Source: Marsupella aquatica (Eukaryota; Plantae; Marchantiophyta). Taken from it: DNA of 64,000 nt. Made by a program: the position numbers and the translations under genes. The first letter of the stretch is position 1. The number at the start of each line of letters is the position of its first letter. The notes below the pieces were generated by a model, which had not been told where the DNA came from, did no database searches, and worked only from the letters and a program-made list of their open reading frames with translations. The stretch lies in the NCBI GenBank assembly GCA_973895155.1, contig OZ316896.1:7449278-7513277 (forward strand), given 5' to 3'. Shown one piece after another: positions 47,563 through 58,940 of the stretch.

Positions 47563-48519
47563 TCATGGACGACAACGCAAGGACAATTTTGGTGCATCCC
47601 ACTCATACTCACACAATAACTCCTCACCAGCTCTAATGGTCCTAACAGCTACTGTCATGATATGGTCGTCCATATGTTTCACAAAATATGGATGTCTAGG
47701 TGGACCAAACATTTGAATCCACTCTACATTAGCCTCCAAACCTCTATCTCTACCTGTGGTACTATTGATGTACCCTGCTAAATTACCGTTCCGAATAGGG
47801 TCACCATCAATCATCCGGCAATGCCACGGCCTAGTGAAGACCTCATCCGGGTCTGAGTCCATCCTCAATGCATACACCCCCCAACTTGGGTGTTGACGCA
47901 ACAAAATATTCCAACTCTTGGAGTTATATACAGCCCCAATGTAAGGAAAGAGGTGCTCTCCATCATAACCACGTCTCCATGGCTTTGGAGGGACCACAAT
48001 ATCCTCCAAAGCAAAAAGACCATATCCTATATCAGGACCAATAGAGGATGCCTTCACTATCCAAGGGCGACCCCATATTTGAACTGGTTCATCTGTAGGA
48101 ATAAAATCTGGAAATTTGAAGAGACTTGGAGAAAAGTCCTTCAAAACTTTGGCAGCCCTACCAGTGAGATAGGATAGTCCAAACCTGCCCTCAATGCAAA
48201 TATAATCTACGTTACCGGCTGGTTGATCACTAGTACCTAACACCTCCTCTCGTTTGTCTACCTGGTCCAGTGGTCCATACTGCCGTCTACGTCTACCAGA
48301 TCGTGGTCGTGTACGTAGGACCCTAGTAGTCACAACCTCGGGCCGAGAGACCGGTTCCCCCTCTACATGCTCATGTGTGGGCACGAGAGTGGGGATAGGA
48401 GCAGGTGGGCTAAGAGGCATCTGGGCAGGAGGAACTGCAAGCAACTCCCTGGCCCTTGCTAGAAACCCTTCCAACCACACAGCTTCAGGAACCAAAGGAG
48501 GTGGGGGCCTATGAGGCAC
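47563..48519 (-). CDS. SET-domain (lysine methyltransferase-like) exon inside the CACTA element
   Basis: 318 codons with SSIGPDIGYGLFALEDI, PYIGAV, IDGDPIRNGNLAGYINST and VAVRTIRAGEELLCEY: the ordered SET motifs, with NS in place of NH. Preceded by acceptor TAG| at 48520. Confidence 0.85.
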   Translation of the reverse strand: MPHRPPPPLVPEAVWLEGFLARARELLAVPPAQMPLSPPAPIPTLVPTHEHVEGEPVSRPEVVTTRVLRTRPRSGRRRRQYGPLDQVDKREEVLGTSDQPAGNVDYICIEGRFGLSYLTGRAAKVLKDFSPSLFKFPDFIPTDEPVQIWGRPWIVKASSIGPDIGYGLFALEDIVVPPKPWRRGYDGEHLFPYIGAVYNSKSWNILLRQHPSWGVYALRMDSDPDEVFTRPWHCRMIDGDPIRNGNLAGYINSTTGRDRGLEANVEWIQMFGPPRHPYFVKHMDDHIMTVAVRTIRAGEELLCEYEWDAPKLSLRCRP

Positions 48520-48657
48520 CTATTTCAACACACGTACAATGGTTTTACACAAATCAATAAATTAAGTAGTGCCAGGATGTAAATGAAAGATAATTAAGCA
48601 ATACCCTAAATTGGAATGCATACATGGAATGAATAGGGGACATAAACATATCTGTAC

Positions 48658-48918
48658 CTGGCTAGGCAAATACCCTGGCATATCACCCTCGTGGCGGCCA
48701 TAGTTCTCGATGTGCTCACAAGTCTCCCACGCATGTCGAACCACAAGTCCCTTACATCTCACACACCAGCAAGGTATGGGTCCTAGTGGAGCACGAGGAC
48801 GATCTGGAGGAGGGGGTGGAGGAACCTCCCCCTCAGATGAGCTTGTGTCTGAGTCTGAATTTGACGTGGAACTATTAGAAGTAGACATCTGCATGCATGA
48901 AGTACACTCTGAATTCAT
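48658..48918 (-). CDS. First coding exon of the CACTA element (transposase-associated zinc-finger domain)
   Basis: PCWCVRCKG..ETCEHIENYG resembles the CxCxxC...H...G transposase-associated domain. Ends in a phase-0 donor CAG|GTACAG at 48657. Start uncertain. Confidence 0.7.
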
Positions 48919-49206
48919 GTAAGCTGCATAAAAGAAGACAAGTGTTGGAGTATCAAAATAGAATTAATTAATGCATGAGATACAAAAGTCCTGTTGTACC
49001 TCAATGATACCCGCGCTTTGCCAGCCTACTGTGTCATATTTTCTACACACAAGGTGTGGGACATCCAAAATCTCTGCATATATGGGTGAGCATTTTGCTA
49101 ATGAGCATACTAATCTGTAAGTGTGAAAGAGTGTAGGAAGAACACACCACATATAAAAAAATTCCAACATACAAATTAAGTGTAAATGATGCGGCTCGTG
49201 AAGTGG

Positions 49207-49923
49207 GGACATCATACCTCCTGGATGCGCGGTCTCACACTATGCATAGTGCATTGTCCAAAACAAAACCTATCTACCCCCTCACAAACATTGAACCACT
49301 CCTCCAAACGCAAGGTACTGTGCATCAAATCCAACACAACCATTAGCCTAGCTAATATATGGAGGTTGAACCTTATCCTAAGAAAAGGTGTAACCTTATC
49401 CTAGTAAAACCCCATAACCCTAAGCCCATAAACCCCTCCAAAGAAATGATCCAAATAGCTTTCACCAAGAAATGGTTCGTACAAAAACTTCTTGTAGTAT
49501 TTTGTCTATCATATATCATAGTATTGAGTTCCCATCACCACAACCATCCCTAAACTTGCAAGGAACTTGCAAGAGGACATCATACCTCCTGGATGCACAG
49601 TTTCATGCATAGTGCATTGTCCAAAATCGAAACCTCCCTACCCCCTCAAAAAAAGTTAACCACCCCTCCAAAAGCAAGGTACTACACATCAAATCCAAAC
49701 ACAAAGATTAGCCTAATGAAGGGGTTTAATATTATCCTAACAAAAGGTAGAATGTTATACTAATAGAACCTCTACGTACACCCATAATCCCCTATAAAGA
49801 AATGAAACAAAAGGCTTTCACCCGAAAATGGTTCATACAAAAACTTCTTGTAGTATTTTCTTGATCCTATATTACATATCATAGTATTGAGTTCCCATCA
49901 CCACAACGTAACCACCCCTAAAA
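49207..49923. repeat. ~350-bp diverged direct duplication inside the CACTA element
   Basis: GGACATCATACCTCCTGGATGC...GAGTTCCCATCACCACAAC occurs at 49207-49554 and 49575-49923. Confidence 0.8.
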
Positions 49924-50674
49924 CACCAAGACTCTATACACAATTGCATCATTAATTAGAGCCCAATATATTAAGCATGCAAGACCATAGCTTATCAAAA
50001 AAATTATGAAGTCCGGTACAAACCCCAAAATTTGTTCTCCGCAACAAAGAAACTTGCAAGAGGTCCCTCTACATGCATGACACGTTCACTGTCCCGTTCA
50101 CATATGTAGAGCCCTACAAAACGCGGATTCAAATATGAAAGCAAATAATAACTCCAACCATGTGCCCTTACCCCATACAAAACCTAAATATCCTAACTTA
50201 TACTCTAAACCCTCCAATCCCATACCCAACCCAAATTCAAAACATTATATTGGACCCCCTTTGGGAAAGCCAAGAGGTATCCGATATAACTTCATGAGGG
50301 GTCCGATGCAATAGGAAACGGGCCACACTTGGTAAATACACGGCCACAAGAAAAGGACGAGGGGTCCGAAGCAGATAGTTTCAGAAAGTCCGATTGCGTG
50401 TCCGATACCTTTGGTTTTGCAAAGTCTGAAACAGAAAGAATCGGAAGCAGCAGGTTTTGTTTCGGAAAAAAGAACCGATGCAGGTGCGAAGACCCGCGCG
50501 TCGGGCCCCGTTTCGCACTTGGTGTTTTTCAAATTTTTTGAAGCTGGATCAAGGAGGAGAGCTTGAAGGAGGAGGAGAGATGGAGGGGGCGGGGGATCAG
50601 GTGGTGGGGGAGACGAAGGGGGATCAGGTGGTGGTGGAGAGCAAGGGGGACCGTCCCAGCCATACAATGAAGTT

Positions 50675-52930
50675 ATGAGGGACATTTTTGTGGCCAAGGC
50701 AGGGCTGAGTGTGGAGGACGCAGAGAGAGTAGTCCCACTCCTCCAAACGCTGATTGATGCCTCTCGGCGTGAGGCAGAGAAGACTGCTGCTGCAAGCATT
50801 GCAAGTGAGAAGGAGGCAAAGAAGAGGAAGAAAGAGGCAAAGAGAGGCAAGGGGGATGCAGAGGAGACACAGTCTCCAAGAAAATGAGAGAAAAAGCTTT
50901 GAAAAGAAGCTAGGGCAATTGAGAAGGTGCGATTGGAGGAGCAGAGGCGAAAGGAGGCAGAGAGAGCTCTCAGGCCTGAGCTAGCTCTCAATTCGGGTGG
51001 TGGTCCATTGCCTAAGAGCTACCATATATTCCGAAGCCAATTCAAGCAGGTGCTGAGGGCCAATTTGGGGCCACTGGATTACTGGGGCAAGAAGAAGGAG
51101 GAAGAGAGATTGAGAATCAGAGAGCAGGTGAAGGAACGGTTCAGGAACGGGGCCTACATTGATGACAGGTTCCTAAACAAACGAATTTCAGCATCACTCT
51201 CAGACATGCGCAATCATCAGCGAGAGAAATTCAGAAAGTACCTTGGAGATATGGCAGTGGATGCAGAGGTGATCAGGGAGGAGGGTTGTCCAGACAATGT
51301 TTCCCCGGATGAGTGGGCGTCTTGGCTTGAGGAGGAACTCTCAGTCCGTGCCTGGCTGAAAAGAAGACATTGGGACAACGAAATTAGGCTGGCAGAGGAG
51401 AAACGAAAGGCTGGGGAGAATGTTGATATCCTCCCCCTTCAACAGAACCTGCAACAATGGGCAGCTCAGGCAGCAAGACTCCCCAAACCACCAAGGCACA
51501 TCATAGCAGCATTGGAGAGAGTGTAGGGGAGGCCAACCATCACTCATTGGATGGGGCAAGGCGGCTCCAATCGATTGAAGGCTGAGTTTGTAAGTGCCCT
51601 CCCTCTCCTCCCCACCTCGACTCCCTGATCACCTGACTCCTCGCACGAAGAATGAGTTGTTTGTGCCTTATGTCTTTTGTTTAAACCCTTTGCAAAACTC
51701 ATTTTTGCTCTCGGGCCTGTTCTTTCCGATACTCATCTGATAGGTTTTGCATCGGAAGCAACATCGGACACCGTGTCATGCCATTTTTCTTGTTACGCAT
51801 CCGATAGACGTCCGATGCAGGATGTATCGGACTTTGCATCGGACCCCTCGGCATAACATTTAAATTTTTGAATGAACGTACTTAATGTTAATTTTTTACT
51901 AGGGTAGAGTATAAGTTAGGGTGAACTATGGTTTAAGGTTACATTAGGGCTATGTAGGGTGGCTTGGTTTAGGGTAGGGCACGCTAATACTAGATTTGAT
52001 ATTAACCTGGCCTCTATGGTTTGGATCTTTAAATTTCAGGAGCGGGAGTATGGTCGCCCTATTGCGCCGTTGGAGAGGAATTTGGCAAAGACGGATGGAC
52101 CCCGCGCTCTAAAGCGCCACCTTGAGGATGAGTTGGGAGAGGTAAGTGTTCACCCTAGGTTGATATAATGTTTAAGGTTGTCATGAATTTGTTAGAGTTA
52201 TGGTCGGGACCATTCATTCTAATTGCAATTAAACCCTATTGCACAGGATGAGGAGGGGTCTGGGTCAGAGGAGTTGGACTCAGATTCTGAGCAGGATGCT
52301 AAGGCAGGGTTGGGGAGGGTGCCCACAGTCACCCCTACTCCTCAGGTCCGAGGTATTGTTGCCCCATCTGGTGCCGTTGCCCCATCAGCAGGGAGGGGTG
52401 GGTCACATGCTGCTGATGGTGTGGGCTCCCATCACTCTGGAGCATCACGGGGTGCGGGGCCCAGGCACTCAGGGGGTAGTAGAGGTGATGGCATGGGACG
52501 AGGCGATCGCGTAGGAGTATCTGGTGCAGGTGGCCCTTCCCGACGAGGTAGTGGCGACGTGCCGGATGGTGGATCTAGAGGGCGCGCACCATCTCGTGAG
52601 TCTGGTGGGAGTACAGCACGACATGGGCCACCCACAGGATCTGTCGGTGCACCATCCCATCACTCTAGCAGGTCTGCGGGAGGAGCTGAGGCATCCTTTC
52701 ACTCTGCCGTGTCGGGGGTTGGTGGGACATCTACCTTGCCTGACCACCCTAGCGGTGCATCTAGTGGGTCAGGGTCTAGGCCTGCATCAGGCCAACCCAT
52801 GCCATCTGGTGAGCAGGTGGCTGCCACGGTTGTGGGCAGCCAGAGGGAGGAGGGCTCTCATGATGCTAGACCTGTACCACCCCTTCGTTCTCGCCCAAAG
52901 AAGAAGAAGGGACGCAACACACCTTTTTAG
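50675..52930 (+). pseudogene. TnpA/Ptta-like second CACTA gene; exons 50675-51589, 52040-52141, 52247-52930; three in-frame stops
   Basis: All splice junctions are phase-0 GT-AG. GCPDNVSPDEW, THWMGQGG and EREYGRP resemble Transposase_24-type proteins. Stops TGA (50885), TGA (50900), TAG (51524). Confidence 0.6.
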
Positions 52931-54080
52931 AGGTTAGTTGCATTTAGGTGGCCGGGTATCTAGTGCTAGACAGCTTTGATTAGACACTCACTAGGAGGTA
53001 CCTTGTATATAGCTCAGTGTAGTCTCTAGTCAAAGCTCTCTTTACATCTTCTATCGTGCCATCACGACCAGGATGGGTCTACCCAGTAGGCCTAATCCAT
53101 TTTGTACATATTAGGGTGATCCCCTTTTTGAATATGATATTTTGACCTCGTGTTTATAGCATTATCTTTGGTTCCTAATTGGTGTATGTCACCTTCAACC
53201 CTAAACCAATACCCAAACCCCCAAAAAACCACCCATGAAACCCTGTATTCCACTCCCAGAACATTTGATAATCCGTTGCAAGTCCGTTACCATCCGTATC
53301 GGTAATATAGCAGTGTCCGATGCTGCTGCCTTCGAACTTTCCCATCCCCAACGCATCGGACCCCTCCTTGAGGGTTCCCATCTTAAACATATCGGATAGT
53401 CCGATACAAAAACTAACGCACTTTCCATTATTATAAATAACGCAATGTCCGATAAAAATTACTTCACAAATTGCCATATCAAATATATCGGACATCCCGA
53501 TGTAAATAGTATCGGACATAGGAAATCGTCGTGTGCCGTCGCGTGTTAATTATCCGATTCATTTTACATCGGACATAAAATATCCGTAACACATTACAAC
53601 GGAACATCCATTGTCCAAAATATCAGAAAGTCCGATGGAAGTCCGATGGTCGATATGCGATGGTTTACGCATCGCAAAGTGCGTTGGGAATAGCATCGGA
53701 TGATAGAAATTTTTGCGTCAATTTTCCTCAAGGGATCCGATGTAAATCCTATCGAATAAAGGCCCGAAAATGTACTAGTGAACTAGATAGTACTTTGCCA
53801 AGGACTCAACTCGTTTCTCATGCCAGACTTCACTTGACAAGGATTCAACAGTGCTTCCTGAAGGCCTAGATAGTCAGTCCTGAAGGAATTTTCCTGGAAC
53901 AAAGTCCTTCCTGCTAGGCTATATAGGACGTCAGGTCTCACAAAATCATTCAGATCCTACCTTAAAGAAAAAAACTAGGCGGTTACAGCAGAGCACAATG
54001 GCTAAAGCACACATGAAGGAAAACTACTTCTCAACATCTGCAGATCGTATTATGAGTTAAAATCAAAAGTGGCAAATCAA

Positions 54081-54824
54081 TCATGGAGAATTTCTCACCT
54101 GTGTATCCTCCAGCCAGTGCACTTGATGTGTTTCATACATTTTCCGCCCTAGTTGCAATCTGGCTTCATTGTTCTTACATGGAGAAATCCGAGTGTGGGT
54201 TTCCCAAAAGTGTTCCACCTGTTTTCGAACTTCATCAGAAATCTTATCTCGACGTACCTTTCTTTCCCCCATAGGATAAGTTTTTTCACGATCTTCATCA
54301 ATCTGCATCCTGATCTTAGATGCCCTATGAAGATTTTGCCGTTGTATACCCAAAGCTTGAGCTAGAGAGGTGTGCTGCCTTCTATCTACACATGTCTTTC
54401 CTACAAGTGCTGACAAAACTTGGTACTTTGCAGCAAGATGGTCTTTGCGCTTCCCTTGCTTCACTATGCTCAAGGTTTTCCTCACATCACATAATGCAGC
54501 AGCTACAGCCCAATCCATTTTAGGCGAACCTAGTCTTGTAGGCTGGTACTTCTTCAAGTATTTGTGCAACCAGATACCAGATAGTACTGCCCTCCTTGCA
54601 CCTACATTGAATGTAGCGGTCTTCTCCAAAATGTACCTAACTATATCTGATAACACAATTGTAATGCACCTTCTCTTTTGGTTGGGAGTTACACCGTCTT
54701 CTGGAACAGAGCGCTTGCTCCTTTGGTACTCAAATCTCTTCTTGTCTGCATCCTTCCTCCTCTTCTCAAGAATGGAATCTTCCTGCAATTGGTTGTAGTT
54801 TGCTATGAAGAACCAAAAACACAT
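54081..54824 (-). pseudogene. Exon of a Sola2-like transposase N-terminal region
   Basis: RKVRRDKISDEVRKQVEHFWETHTRISPCK..HQVHWLEDTQ followed by a donor CAG|GTGAGA. No catalytic exon is found downstream. Confidence 0.5.
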
Positions 54825-56020
54825 TTAAAGGTCTTCAAACTCGGTATTCGTTCCCGTAAAGAACAAGATTGGGTTGGTTTGATAGTTTTAAACAATAATA
54901 AAGAAATTAAGATGTTTTCCACACATAGTAATCAAATTTGATTACTTTACTAAGGTATTTTGAAGATCGCTCCACAGCGGTGAGCAGTTTTTGATGATAA
55001 CTCAACATCATATAACCATCAATTAAGCAAAAGGTTGCAATTAACGAAACACAAGGAAAAATCTCTTAGAGTATGCTAAGGGAGTCTGGAATAGACCAAG
55101 GTTACTCCTTAGACATAAGTAATAATGGAATAACTTTAAGGGAATCCAAATCCACACGGCTTTTCAGATCTAAACTGCATACTAGAGTATCCTTTTAAAA
55201 TGCCGGCAACATGTCTTGACCTTTCTTCCTAAGTGATACTTAGTCAAGATCTAAAAGGATAAATACTTCAGCATTTAGATGGTACTAAGCAACATGAAGG
55301 TGAAAACATCATTTCCAATGCAACTTAAACTCAATGAGTTAACTCTAAGAACTTGTGAGATTACAATGTGTCACCAAAGCGGAATCTGACATTATAATTC
55401 ACGAGATTCATAACTGAGGTTTTACTTCAAGTATTTGGGTTCCAAAATACAAGAAGGAGGTAAGTCTCTCCAAATGTTAAACCTGATCTCGAACTCATAG
55501 ATTCATGATCAACTAGTTTAACACAAGGGAGAGGCAAAACTGCAAAACTTAACCATCCACTACACTAGTGGCAGAACTATCTTATAGTCAAAATCGGTCA
55601 AGTGAGAGGTTACAGGGTCGAAGAGACATGCCTCTTCATATCCCTCAAAAAGTTAAAATGGCGATTCAGTAAGTGAAAAGTCGGAAAAATGGCTAAGTAT
55701 GAACTCGTAACTAGTAAACTATTAACTCGTAATTGTCTGTCTACCGTAACTCGTAATCGGAAACTTAGTAACTCTTAACTAGTAAAAATCTAACTAAGTC
55801 GTAACTCGTAATTTCAACATAAGTAAAAACTTGGTAAATTCAACTATTTTTAACTGCCTACTCGTAGCTCAGAAAAGCCTCAAATTTTGCCAGTAGGCTT
55901 TCCTAAGTGCAGACTATACACTGAAAAGGTTTCATGACTTTTAAAGCTCTAGAGCACATTTATAAAAATCAGATAAGATGTACTACTCTTAAAGTTAACT
56001 AAAAATACTTAAAGATCTCT

Positions 56021-58423
56021 TCAAGCTTGCTGTCGGATGTCGTCGGGTTCCAGCAACTCCACAAGGGTAACAATTCGGTTCTGAGTAACCTCTATCAGTT
56101 CAGCTTGGCGTGGGGATCCTCTTGAGTAAGGTAGGCACCTCAGTTGTCTCTCAGGATACATCAAGGGCATCCTTTTCATTAAATAACATGAATCTATACG
56201 AAGAGCTTCTCTGTAGATCCCGAGCACATCATAGTTGTTGCAAGTAGCAGCGTACACTTGGGAATAATGAAACAGGAACTCATCACTATTCAGCATCCTG
56301 GAATAGAAGGGGCGAAGTCTCCACCTGACATCTCTGAAATATCGATTGAATTCAGCTAGAGTCTGAGAAGTGACATTATTCCAGATCCTCTGTTTCTCAG
56401 CCAATGTACTGGTTGAAACAAGGGTAACCTTGGGTTCTCGTGGTATGTAATCGTGCTGTGGAGCAGTAGACTTCTTGCTCTGCATCAGGAAGGAAATCAC
56501 AAAATCTAGGGCATAGGCGGCAAAGTTTCCAAAGTATGCCAGAACTAGGTCTGGATCCTCTACCTCTACATCACCTTGGAGTAGCATCATAGCAAGAATA
56601 GGCCGAAAGTAAATTGAGTCAGTCCAGAACTCATCAAATTGTGCCATTTCCACTCTAGAAGTTCCAAGACACCTAAGATCAAAAATGTAGCTTGCCTCAG
56701 TCTTCTTTAGATAGTAGTATCTCCAGAACTCTCCAACCGGTGGTCTGTTGGCCTGCATTACTTTGCAAGTGGTGACATACCTGTGTACTTCTGACTCAGG
56801 ACGTCTAGGGTACCTGCTTGCGATAGTAGCATTCCTGGGGGTTTGGGTAGACGAGGTGATCACTGCTACTAGATTTGGATTTGATTTTAGAGCTACATCA
56901 ATATTCTCAAATCCTTGCCTTGGGGATGACCAAAGAGAATTTTCATAAGACCTAATAGAGTCATCATCTGAGGGCGGATCAGAGTCTTCGGGAAGATCCC
57001 TTCGAACATAAGGATGCTCATACTGTGTCTGATGATAGGACGGTCCTTCGGTGGGTTCATAGTTAGAGTCAGGGCTGTAAGGGGGAAAACTTCGACTAGG
57101 AGAAGGGGTAGCAGTGGGACATCGCTGCACCAGGTTGCTAACTACAGTGACTATCTGCCGAGGGTTACACTGTAGTATCTCCAGTAGATCATCCACAATA
57201 GCTGCACAGCTAATATTGTCTGTTACTGGAACAAGGTCACCACCTGCTTGAAAGGAGGTCTGTTGGGTAACAGGGGTGAGAGTCACATATTCCACTGGTG
57301 TTGTCTCTCCTGGAGGAGAGGTCATCCTGATAGGGCTTAACTGATCAGGGAATGGTGACTTCAAACTGACAGCTTCCATTCTTAAATCATTGACAGCATC
57401 GAAAAGACCATCATCACTGCAACTAAGAAGAGATGTCAACTTATCGACGAGTTGTTGATTCGCTTCTGCCTTTGGAGGTGTGGATGAGTTGGTCCTTAGA
57501 TTGATAGTTGCAAGAACGAGTTCAGCAACGTCGGCTGGTTGCTCAGGGAAATCTCTGTCTTCGCCAGCTCCAGATTCTCTTGTATAAACTCTTGGTGAAT
57601 ACACCATGTTAGCCAGGGGGTGTCGAACCAGCTCTAAGTTATGAGCAGGTGTATCTTCAAATTCCATCTCAGCATCCACATTCTGATCATGAGAATCCAG
57701 GGGAATAGCATCCACTGGTTCTTCCATACTCAGGTCTTCTTCAATGCCTAACTCAATCAAGAGCAGCCCTCTCTCCGTTCTCTCCTCTGGATATAAACAT
57801 TCATAAGCATGATAGAGTTGAGACAAATAAACCTGCAGATGAGTGGGTCTACCTGCCTTCATGGTTCTCACCTGATCCTTCATCACATTGAAAATTAACA
57901 GGGCCCAATTAACCTGGACGGCTCCACTGTGTGCGGCTACAATTGTATTCACCAAAGCCACTGGACAGAGGGTTGGCTTCTTCGGGTGTAAAATGGGTAC
58001 TAGAAATTCCAGAAGTACTCTCAAATCTGGATAAGTACACTGTGTCAAATTCCAGCCATTGGTGAGATTGCGAATCCCAGAGAAGTAGGGTGTAGACAAA
58101 TCTTTCTTCTTTGAATATAATCCTTCTCCTTCTGAAGGGCAGCGGAAGGCATAAGCAATTTGTTCTACAGTCCATAAGCTGGGTCGAGCTCTAATAGTTT
58201 GTTGACATTCAGGAGCAAGCATTGATCCCTTTACAAAATCCTGCAAATATGTGTCGAGCTCTACTTTCCAAGGGACGGCAAGTAGATGCTCCAAACCTAG
58301 CTGTTGTAAGGAAGTCCGTAAATTTGCATAGCTATCGGGCGCTTGTGGAATTCGGGCGACTATGCTCTTAGGAATTGCCAGAGTGTCAACTCGGTACTGT
58401 TCATCAATACCGAGGTTCGCCAT
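56021..58423 (-). CDS. 800-aa protein with an N-terminal plant-mobile-domain-like region, in a probable non-autonomous element
   Basis: Intact single-exon ORF with LGLEHLLAVPW, TIRARPSLWT, NGWNLTQC, LLEFLVPILHPKK and VNWALL. Flanked on both sides by ACTCGTAA repeats (55700-55870, 58610-58850). Confidence 0.7.
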   Translation of the reverse strand: MANLGIDEQYRVDTLAIPKSIVARIPQAPDSYANLRTSLQQLGLEHLLAVPWKVELDTYLQDFVKGSMLAPECQQTIRARPSLWTVEQIAYAFRCPSEGEGLYSKKKDLSTPYFSGIRNLTNGWNLTQCTYPDLRVLLEFLVPILHPKKPTLCPVALVNTIVAAHSGAVQVNWALLIFNVMKDQVRTMKAGRPTHLQVYLSQLYHAYECLYPEERTERGLLLIELGIEEDLSMEEPVDAIPLDSHDQNVDAEMEFEDTPAHNLELVRHPLANMVYSPRVYTRESGAGEDRDFPEQPADVAELVLATINLRTNSSTPPKAEANQQLVDKLTSLLSCSDDGLFDAVNDLRMEAVSLKSPFPDQLSPIRMTSPPGETTPVEYVTLTPVTQQTSFQAGGDLVPVTDNISCAAIVDDLLEILQCNPRQIVTVVSNLVQRCPTATPSPSRSFPPYSPDSNYEPTEGPSYHQTQYEHPYVRRDLPEDSDPPSDDDSIRSYENSLWSSPRQGFENIDVALKSNPNLVAVITSSTQTPRNATIASRYPRRPESEVHRYVTTCKVMQANRPPVGEFWRYYYLKKTEASYIFDLRCLGTSRVEMAQFDEFWTDSIYFRPILAMMLLQGDVEVEDPDLVLAYFGNFAAYALDFVISFLMQSKKSTAPQHDYIPREPKVTLVSTSTLAEKQRIWNNVTSQTLAEFNRYFRDVRWRLRPFYSRMLNSDEFLFHYSQVYAATCNNYDVLGIYREALRIDSCYLMKRMPLMYPERQLRCLPYSRGSPRQAELIEVTQNRIVTLVELLEPDDIRQQA

Positions 58424-58940
58424 AGCTCTCCTCCGTTATGTTGAGTGCGCTAAGGAGTGGGGGAGCTGGCAGAAACAATGGAGGTGGCAGTAAATAAGTC
58501 AGGAGTGAGCGCTCGAGGTCTAATTCCCCTTCCCTTCAATTCGCGCTCGCCATCCCGTTGCTAAGTCCCGTTGAAAGTAGCCGTAAGACGTCGCGATCAT
58601 CGGTTGCCAACTCGTAAGGCACAACTCGTAATGCCCTAACTAGTAAGTCGTAACTACTATACTCGTAACTCGTATACTGTCGCAAACTAGTAAACTCGCT
58701 TACCCGTAACTAGTAAACTCGTAAAGTGGAGCTTACCCGTAACTAGTAAACTCGTAAAGTAAGTTTACTCGCCATCAGTTTACTCGTAAAAGAGTAACCC
58801 GTAGACTGGTATACTCGTAATCTGAGTATACTCTTAAACTCGTAAACTAAAGTAACTTCCCGATATTAACAGTAAGTGTAGTTTAAACAACGTAAAAAAA
58901 TTTAAAAATTTCAATTTCTTCATACTTCGGGAATTACTCA

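Larger units (their letters stand above)
43500..53780. mobile_element. CACTA (En/Spm) transposon, 10,281 bp
   Basis: 14-bp TIRs CACTAGTACATTTT at 43500-43513 and 53767-53780. 3-bp TSD AAC (43497-43499, 53781-53783). TCCGATA/TATCGGA subterminal repeats at both ends. Confidence 0.96.

Noticed and set aside
50885-51526. In-frame stops repaired by U-to-C RNA editing or readthrough
   Set aside because: Such editing is organellar; methylcytosine deamination in a nuclear transposon is the simpler explanation.
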